This document shows, one piece after another, positions 26,834 through 31,765 of a DNA stretch of 31,765 nt (the first letter of the stretch is position 1; each line of letters starts with the position of its first letter). The notes under the pieces were generated by a model. It was not told the DNA's origin. It saw nothing but the letters and a program-made list of their open reading frames with translations, and made no database searches. The DNA comes from a virus. Lineage: Duplodnaviria > Caudoviricetes. Location: positions 1 to 31,765 of IMG/VR virus record IMGVR_UViG_3300042196_000013; one strand, given 5' to 3'. A program made the translations under genes and the position numbers.

Positions 26834-28057
26834 TTATCCCATCCATGAGCCAGCCCCTTTGTAAACGTTGACCTTCTGCTCTCGCGGCTGCGGAGCCTTG
26901 CGCGCCCCTTCCAATGCGTAGCGGAGCGCGTCTATCGTGTGGTTGTATTTGTCTTCCAGAATCGGCAGCACCTGCTCGGTAAGCGGGTCCACCTTGAAGC
27001 TGTACTTTGAGAGTTCGTCGATTACGTTCTTGCAGCGCGGATGCACCACGATGTCAAACGACTTGAGGAACTCAATGCCGTCCTCAATCGACCCAGCGCC
27101 CTTGATGGCCGGGTTGATCTTGGGATACCCGTGCCGCTGCATGTAGCTGATGGTTTCAGGTCGCGCAGTGTCTGCCGTAATGAAGAACTTGCGGCTGTCC
27201 GGCACGCGCTCGAACAGGTCTGGCAGTTGGTCTATCTCGCAGCCCACCATCCACGCTTCGTGGTCCACGTACAGGCGCCGGCCTTCGATGTAGCAGCGCA
27301 CCAATACGCTTGGGTCGGTAGCAAACCCCCAGTCGGCCCCTAGCCGGAACGTGGCGCCGGGTTGCGTCTGAAAGTCCTGCACCTCCCAGTTACGAAATAC
27401 CAGAGCTTGTGAACTGGTGCGGTATTCGCCTAGCCAAACATGCGCATACTTGTCTTTGTCGCGCTTGCGGTCGTACTCCATCTCCGCCTTCAGCACATCC
27501 GTCAACCATGGGTTGTCGCTATAGTTGGCCTGCACCACCACGCTATCTGGCGGCGGGTCGCTACTGCGCAACAGGACTTCTATCGGATCGTCCTTGCTGT
27601 TCGGGTTCCAGCTAAACCACAGCTCAGAACCTTCCTTGCGGATGGTGGGCCTCAACAGGTCCAGGCTGCGCTGGCTCAGGCTCTGCGCTTCCTCCACCCA
27701 GGCAATGTCGTAGCCTTCCAAAGACTTGATAGAGTCCGCTGTGTGGTTCTGCATGCCCTGGAAGATGATCTTGCCGCCGTTGTGGCAACGTATTTCGGAT
27801 TCCATCACCTCAAAAAATGAGCCCACATGCAGCGTTTCGATCTTGTCCTCTAGCAGCTTCTTGACTGACTGATTGAGCGACTTCTGTATCTCGCGCACAC
27901 ATACCGCACTGGTCTGTTTAACCAGCATCTGCTCGATCAGCAACTCAGCAAAGAAGTGAGACTTGCCAGACCCTCGCCCTCCATGCGCGCCCTTGTATCG
28001 TGCAGCCTTGAGTAGCGGCTTGAATACGCGCGCAGTCTTAATCTCCAGCTGCATCAA
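26834..28057 (-). CDS. terL: terminase large subunit (PBSX/Terminase_3 family)
   Basis: Walker A GGRGSGKS, Walker B WVEEA, SWNP, nuclease motifs DWGF and NHTIDALRYA. Confidence 0.95.
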   Translation of the reverse strand: MMQLEIKTARVFKPLLKAARYKGAHGGRGSGKSHFFAELLIEQMLVKQTSAVCVREIQKSLNQSVKKLLEDKIETLHVGSFFEVMESEIRCHNGGKIIFQGMQNHTADSIKSLEGYDIAWVEEAQSLSQRSLDLLRPTIRKEGSELWFSWNPNSKDDPIEVLLRSSDPPPDSVVVQANYSDNPWLTDVLKAEMEYDRKRDKDKYAHVWLGEYRTSSQALVFRNWEVQDFQTQPGATFRLGADWGFATDPSVLVRCYIEGRRLYVDHEAWMVGCEIDQLPDLFERVPDSRKFFITADTARPETISYMQRHGYPKINPAIKGAGSIEDGIEFLKSFDIVVHPRCKNVIDELSKYSFKVDPLTEQVLPILEDKYNHTIDALRYALEGARKAPQPREQKVNVYKGAGSWMG

Positions 28058-28298
28058 CGATGGTCCGCTTGATCTCCTGCACCACTAGCGGATTGTCCGC
28101 ATCCCCTGTTATTTCAACGCTTGAAAGGTCCGGCAGGGCTTTGCCGAGTAACAATTTGATTGCATTCAGCCTATTGGAGCTAATGTCCTCGTCGGTCAGC
28201 TCACCCATGGCGTACTTCTGCACCCTTGTTAACAGGTTCGCTACCTGTATCTTGGATCGCACGTCGTCTTGATGGGTTTTGCGCAAGCGCGCTGCCAC
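28038..28298 (-). CDS. putative terminase small subunit
   Basis: Immediately upstream of terL; LLGKALPDLSSVEITG C-terminus; AGGAG RBS, GTG start. Confidence 0.65.
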   Translation of the reverse strand: MAARLRKTHQDDVRSKIQVANLLTRVQKYAMGELTDEDISSNRLNAIKLLLGKALPDLSSVEITGDADNPLVVQEIKRTIVDAAGD

Positions 28299-28318
28299 GA
28301 TATAAGCTCCTAAAATTG

Positions 28319-28341
28319 AAAAGCCCCGCGAATGCGAGGCT
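28319..28341 (-). terminator. terminator-like hairpin before small terminase
   Basis: AGCCTCGC-ATTC-GCGGGGCT-TTT on the minus strand. Confidence 0.6.
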
Positions 28342-28349
28342 GTAAATGC

Positions 28350-28379
28350 AAAAAGCCCGACTCGTTAGAATCAGGCTTT
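28350..28379 (-). terminator. terminator-like hairpin downstream of late promoter (tR'-like)
   Basis: AAAGCCTGATTC-TAAC-GAGTCGGGCTTTTT on the minus strand. Confidence 0.65.
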
Positions 28380-28413
28380 ACGTTTCTTTGGGCGCAACTT
28401 CGCCCGTGCGAGA

Positions 28414-28442
28414 ATTAGACCATAGTTTTTAGCTATCGTCAA
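28414..28442 (-). promoter_or_regulatory. putative late promoter (pR'-like) TTGACG-N17-TCTAAT
   Basis: -35 at 28442-28437, -10 at 28419-28414 preceded by TGn; lies between the Q-like gene and two terminators. Confidence 0.6.
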
Positions 28443-28569
28443 TAAATGAACTTACATGTAATTACTATGATTGCCACCGCTCCGAAGTCTATTCCGGCGT
28501 CCATCATGCCGGATGATTCTCCGAATGCCTCTCGCTTCGTCCCTGTCAGCTTGCGCCATACGAGTCTAA

Positions 28570-28899
28570 TCACACCAACCCCCTTCTATCTGCCATCAGC
28601 AACAAATTATCCAGCGCGTCAAGGTAAGCCGCTTCAATATCGCGCATCCGATACACCGCATGCAGCCATTTGTGATGTATGGCGCAGGATTGACTAGGCG
28701 GCAGGCTGTCTATCATCGCGTCCAAGGTAATAGCGTTGTCGGTGTCCATGTCGTCGCACATGTACTCAAACGCATCAGCGCAGGCCGATCCTCCTGACGC
28801 AATGCACAGGCTCTTAGCTGGATAGCCGAGTTTATGGGATGGTTGGCGCATGTACTGCACCCAGTTGGATAGGTGTTCCTCAAGTCGCGCCAGGTCCAT
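28570..28899 (-). CDS. antitermination protein Q-like late regulator
   Basis: L.NWVQYMR...LGYP...LDAMIDSLP...AI pattern; GGGGAG RBS; position upstream of promoter/terminators and terminase. Confidence 0.6.
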   Translation of the reverse strand: MDLARLEEHLSNWVQYMRQPSHKLGYPAKSLCIASGGSACADAFEYMCDDMDTDNAITLDAMIDSLPPSQSCAIHHKWLHAVYRMRDIEAAYLDALDNLLLMADRRGLV

Positions 28900-28930
28900 G
28901 CAGTCTCCCCTTGTAGTTATCCTTGGCCAT

Positions 28931-29086
28931 CTATTTACAGCAATCCGCGCAATGCCACTGATACCGCCGCCCGTTGTCCTTCGGCACCTCAACTCCCCCG
29001 GCTCTGGGCTTTGATTGCCGGCAGCGCATGCACATGCGTTGACCGTGCTGTATTGGCGGGCGGTTGTGGCGTTCATCAAAGATCAT
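28931..29086 (-). CDS. 51-aa zinc-ribbon protein MIFDERHNRPPIQHGQRMCMRCRQSK...WHCADCCK (not in ORF track)
   Basis: Hand translation; two CxxC pairs; GGGGAG RBS. Confidence 0.65.
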   Translation of the reverse strand: MIFDERHNRPPIQHGQRMCMRCRQSKPRAGGVEVPKDNGRRYQWHCADCCK

Positions 29087-29150
29087 TGCTCCCCCGTAGG
29101 TGTGTTTGTTGGGATAGGCACCTGTTTAGGTGCCTACTCTTAGTTGTGCG

Positions 29151-29843
29151 TCAAAGCAGCGCCTCCTGCACCGCCGCCGGTTTCTCAGCCGGCGGCAGCA
29201 GTTGGCCCTGCGCCTGTGCCCGCGAAATCCGCTCGCAGGCAATGTCAAAGTATTTGCGCTCGCGTTCCACGCCGTAGAAAGCCCGCCCTTGCATCGCGCA
29301 CGCCACGCCCGTTGTCCCGCTGCCCATAAACGGGTCGCAAACCGTGTCGGCTTCAGGCACCAAGCCAAGGCACCACGCCATCAGTTGCAGCGGCTTCTGG
29401 GTCGGGTGCTCGGTTCCGCCGTCAGCTTGCAGCGCCACCCGGTTCAAGGTGTAGGCGCGCATCGGAAATTCAAAGCTCGTCCACGCCAGTTCGCCGTCGC
29501 TCATCGTCAGCCCTCGCTGGCCTTTGTCCCAAAACAGCCAGCCCTTTGTCGGGTGCGGCAGCTTGTCGGTGAAGTAATTGCCACCCCACACAATCTGGCC
29601 GTCGCTCTTGTAGCGCAGCAGTTCAAAAACAAGGCGCTCCGGCGTCTCGTTGTCCCATCCAAGGAAGTCGTGGGCCTTTCTGTTGTGCTTCGGGTTGCGG
29701 TTCGTGCTTTGCTTCTGCCCGTCAATGCCTATGCCATAGGGCGGGTCGGTCAGCACCAGCGCCACATGCGGCAGCAACGGCAAAACCTCGCGGCAGTCCC
29801 CGTGCCACAACTCTGCATCCCCTATCACTACTTTTTCCGCCAC
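29151..29843 (-). CDS. DNA methyltransferase, N6-adenine/N4-cytosine, beta class (GTG start 29843)
   Basis: LWHGDC, TDPPYG (motif IV) before HPTQKP and DPFMGSGTTG (motif I); AAAGGA RBS. Confidence 0.92.
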   Translation of the reverse strand: MAEKVVIGDAELWHGDCREVLPLLPHVALVLTDPPYGIGIDGQKQSTNRNPKHNRKAHDFLGWDNETPERLVFELLRYKSDGQIVWGGNYFTDKLPHPTKGWLFWDKGQRGLTMSDGELAWTSFEFPMRAYTLNRVALQADGGTEHPTQKPLQLMAWCLGLVPEADTVCDPFMGSGTTGVACAMQGRAFYGVERERKYFDIACERISRAQAQGQLLPPAEKPAAVQEALL

Positions 29844-29893
29844 TTCGTTTCCTTTCTTCGCCGTACCGCCAGCGCCGACTTTTACCGTTTGAC

Positions 29894-29962
29894 GCACAAC
29901 CCGTCATTGCAAGGGACCGTGCGCAAGAAGCCGCGCCCGGCCCCTGAATTCAGGCGTTGGGC
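29894..29962 (+). repeat. attC site 1 (69 bp)
   Basis: GCACAAC-CCGTC-ATTGCAAGGGAC...GCCCCTGAAT-TCAGGC-GTTGGGC. Confidence 0.8.
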
Positions 29963-29988
29963 CAATAACAAACCAAGGAGGCTTTGCC

Positions 29989-30213
29989 ATGAAGCAATAC
30001 AAAGACATCAATCATGATTCTAGCGTTTCAGCATACGAATACACCGATACCAGCATCCGCGTTCAATTCAAAACTGGGAAAATATATGAATACCCAGAAT
30101 CTAAAATTGGTTCTACACACTTAAACAACATGAAGCGTCTAGCCGAATCAGGCGATGGTCTAAACGCCTATATCATGAACAACGATGCAGTCAAAAATGG
30201 TTTTTCTCGCTAA
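29989..30213 (+). CDS. small KTSC-like protein, AT-rich cassette gene
   Basis: SSVSAYEY...IRVQFKTGKIYEY...MKRLAESGDGLNAYI; AAGGAGG RBS shortly after the GTTGGGC core site. Confidence 0.7.
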   Translation: MKQYKDINHDSSVSAYEYTDTSIRVQFKTGKIYEYPESKIGSTHLNNMKRLAESGDGLNAYIMNNDAVKNGFSR

Positions 30214-30377
30214 AACCTTGGCACACGTTGCACAGTTGTTATGCCCTCCATAAACACAGTTTTTTCGCTATCAACAATCGCAGTTACATGCGGGTGGCAG
30301 TTATCGCGCAGCCATTGCATCAGTGGTTTTGTTAAAGCATCAAGTTCAGCTAGGTTTTCGTCTGTCAGTTCCATCAT
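30210..30377 (-). CDS. 55-aa phage-type protein MMELTDENLAELDALTKPLMQWLRDNCHPHVTAIVDSE... (not in ORF track)
   Basis: Hand translation; GAAAGG RBS right after attC2; its stop overlaps the stop of the convergent + gene. Confidence 0.7.
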   Translation of the reverse strand: MMELTDENLAELDALTKPLMQWLRDNCHPHVTAIVDSEKTVFMEGITTVQRVPRF

Positions 30378-30389
30378 GTACCTTTCTCG

Positions 30390-30461
30390 GGCTAACCCTT
30401 CGTTCCAGGGGACAGTCCAAAAGCTTCGCTTTTGTCCTCCCCCTGAACTTGAACGTTATGC
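30390..30461 (+). repeat. attC site 2 (72 bp)
   Basis: GGCTAAC-CCTTC-GTT[C]CAGGGG...CCCCTGAAC-TTGAAC-GTTATGC. Confidence 0.85.
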
Positions 30462-30626
30462 ACTGCGGTGAGGGGCCACCGGTCGCCCGGCTTCCTGGTT
30501 GCGTTCGTATTCCTCACACTGCGCCCAGTAGATGTTCCAGGAGTGCGCGAGAAACGGATCATTCAGCGGCGGCAGTTTCCACCCTTTTTCGGTTGCCAAC
30601 TGGTACAGCCTTAAGTCATATTGCAT
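30456..30626 (-). CDS. 56-aa hypothetical cassette protein (MQYDLRLYQLATEKGW...)
   Basis: GAGGAG RBS; TAA stop lies inside the core site of attC2. Confidence 0.7.
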   Translation of the reverse strand: MQYDLRLYQLATEKGWKLPPLNDPFLAHSWNIYWAQCEEYERNQEAGRPVAPHRSA

Positions 30627-30647
30627 ATCGCTCTCCTCTGGTTCCGT

Positions 30648-30708
30648 GCATAACAAATCAGTCAAGCGGGACTGCGCTATGCGCAGCCCCTTACCTCATG
30701 CGTTAGAG
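30648..30708 (+). repeat. attC site 3 (61 bp)
   Basis: GCATAAC-AAATCA-GT[C]AAG[C]GGG[A]CTGCGC-TAT-GCGCAG-CCCCTTAC-CTCATGC-GTTAGAG. Confidence 0.88.
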
Positions 30709-30923
30709 CGCATCCAGTTGTTGCGGAATCCCCTTGCCCACGATGCCGTATAAACGAACGTCAGCGCCAGAATCCCCCACTGCTCGGCAACGAACGCCGA
30801 GTAGAACCAGAACGGTTGTCCGGCCAACCCGAACACGCTCGCCCACTTGCGCCAGCCCTCCCGCTGGTCATTCGCCAGCCAGATCGCAACGCACCCTGTT
30901 ACCGCTATCGCTAGTTGTTCCAC
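30696..30923 (-). CDS. 75-aa multi-pass membrane protein, cassette gene
   Basis: About three hydrophobic segments; GLAGQPFWFY..EQWG; AAAGGA RBS, GTG start; ends inside attC3. Confidence 0.75.
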   Translation of the reverse strand: MEQLAIAVTGCVAIWLANDQREGWRKWASVFGLAGQPFWFYSAFVAEQWGILALTFVYTASWARGFRNNWMRSNA

Positions 30924-30951
30924 TGCATTCCTTTCTTCGTTGGTGCTGGCG

Positions 30952-31008
30952 CTCTAACCCGGCAGTCCAGCGGACGCCGTGCCGGCGCCGCTGACTTCTG
31001 CGTTATGC
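30952..31008 (+). repeat. attC site 4 (57 bp)
   Basis: CTCTAAC-CCGGC-AGT[C]CAGCGG[A]CGCCG-TGC-CGGCG-CCGCTG-ACT-TCTGC-GTTATGC, with canonical unpaired bases. Confidence 0.9.
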
Positions 31009-31009
31009 C

Positions 31010-31414
31010 TCACGCAATCATCTCCAGCGATCCCCCGCTGATATGCGCACGATGCTTTTTAAGCGGCTCAGAGCGATTAACGAAGTCCTCCGAGTAGTAC
31101 GCCCTACCTTCAGCCGGTTTAACCGCGCCATAGCCGCCCCACATCGCCACAGGGCTATTCTCCAACACTTCATCCGGGTTGAATTGCGACACGCGCCAGT
31201 ATTTCACCAGCGCGGCCCCGCGTTCAGCGCGCAATTTGCCCTCGTTGCGCAACAGGCTGATGTCGTTGAACAGCGTATCCTCGCGTACGCCCATGTCGGT
31301 CATCTGCGCGATGATCTCGTAGCGTGTCAGGCCTTGGGCCAGTTCCAGAATGCGGGCATGACGGGCTTTCTTGGCCACGGCCAGCTCGTCTTTGCGTTCT
31401 TGGGTGAAGCTCAT
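31010..31414 (-). CDS. hypothetical nin-region protein, possible winged HTH
   Basis: 134 aa; ATGA overlap with the upstream gene; ILELAQGLTRYEI...TLFNDISLLRNEGKL. Confidence 0.65.
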   Translation of the reverse strand: MSFTQERKDELAVAKKARHARILELAQGLTRYEIIAQMTDMGVREDTLFNDISLLRNEGKLRAERGAALVKYWRVSQFNPDEVLENSPVAMWGGYGAVKPAEGRAYYSEDFVNRSEPLKKHRAHISGGSLEMIA

Positions 31415-31665
31415 GCAAGTTCCTTTTTCGTATTTTCAACAACGTGCCAACCGGCGGCGCCATTCCATTCGCCCTTCTTTATGTGAATGATTACCCCAGA
31501 TTTCCGCAGGTATTGAATGCGCCCATCAATCACGCGCATATCGTCTCGACCTGTCGCCAGAGCGATTCGCTCCGACTCGGATACACAGTTGCGCTCGTAA
31601 AGCGGAGATTTCCTATTTCTCACCGCCGCGACAATCAACTTATCCAAAATGTCGTACTGACTCAT
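31411..31665 (-). CDS. hypothetical nin-region protein
   Basis: 84 aa; AAGGAGG RBS; RVIDGRIQYLRKSGVI...GW. Confidence 0.7.
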   Translation of the reverse strand: MSQYDILDKLIVAAVRNRKSPLYERNCVSESERIALATGRDDMRVIDGRIQYLRKSGVIIHIKKGEWNGAAGWHVVENTKKELA

Positions 31666-31765
31666 GCTGCCTCCTTTTTTAGTTTTCTGAGTTCTGCGCG
31701 GTAGTGGTCACGGATCTGGATTAGTTCTTCCTTGGTCCATCGCTTCGTCTGATTGTTGTTTTCAA
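31662..31765 (-). CDS. ninG: NinG/Rap-like protein, C-terminal fragment
   Basis: Open frame ENNNQTKRWTKEELIQIRDHYRAELRKLKKEAA* resembles NinG C-termini; position upstream of the Q-like gene. Confidence 0.6.
   Translation of the reverse strand, partial: ENNNQTKRWTKEELIQIRDHYRAELRKLKKEAA

Larger units (their letters stand above)
29143..31008 (+). mobile_element. integron-type gene cassette array (4 attC sites, 4 cassettes, no integrase in window)
   Basis: Four same-orientation attC sites; cassette ends complementary (GTTGTGCGTCAA/TTGACGCACAAC, GTTATGCAC/GTGCATAAC, GTTAGAGCGC/GCGCTCTAAC). Confidence 0.88.

Noticed and set aside
28900-29079. N-terminal extension of the Q-like ORF given in the ORF track
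   Set aside because: A good RBS precedes ATG 28899, and a better zinc-ribbon ORF (28931-29086) occupies another frame.
29130-30017. 295-aa + strand ORF spanning the MTase cassette, considered as a possible integrase
   Set aside because: Antisense to the MTase, runs through attC1, and lacks recognisable tyrosine-recombinase motifs.
29894-31008. CRISPR array or REP elements as an explanation for the repeated palindromes
   Set aside because: The repeats are not identical, spacers are gene-sized, there are no cas genes, and the architecture matches attC.
1-31765. tRNA or rRNA genes
   Set aside because: No convincing cloverleaf or rRNA-like sequence recognised by eye; tRNAscan-SE would be needed to exclude them.

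Overview
This window is about 32 kb of a tailed dsDNA phage (or prophage) with a podovirus-type, P22-like head and tail. The + strand left arm (1-5754) holds early genes: a PAPS-reductase-family protein, ERF annealase, YqaJ/lambda-type exonuclease, SSB, an HNH-like protein, DUF551 and small ORFs. It converges on a long minus-strand operon. Read from the right end, that operon runs: NinG-like fragment, nin-type small genes, DNA methyltransferase, Q-like antiterminator, late promoter and terminators, terminase, portal, a block of fibre/lectin-like genes, scaffold, major capsid, SAM-methyltransferase plus glycosyltransferase, adaptor, nozzle, GNAT-like protein, ejection proteins, tail fibre, beta-helix protein, and a lysis cassette (holin-like, SAR endolysin, Rz with embedded Rz1). 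The outstanding feature is an integron-type cassette array in the nin region (29143-31008). It has four attC sites delimiting four cassettes, three with perfectly complementary ends, and no integrase in the window. Its cargo is mostly phage-type genes, including the DNA methyltransferase, oriented opposite to the normal cassette direction so that they read with phage transcription. All calls come from motifs and synteny read by eye; no database searches were run.
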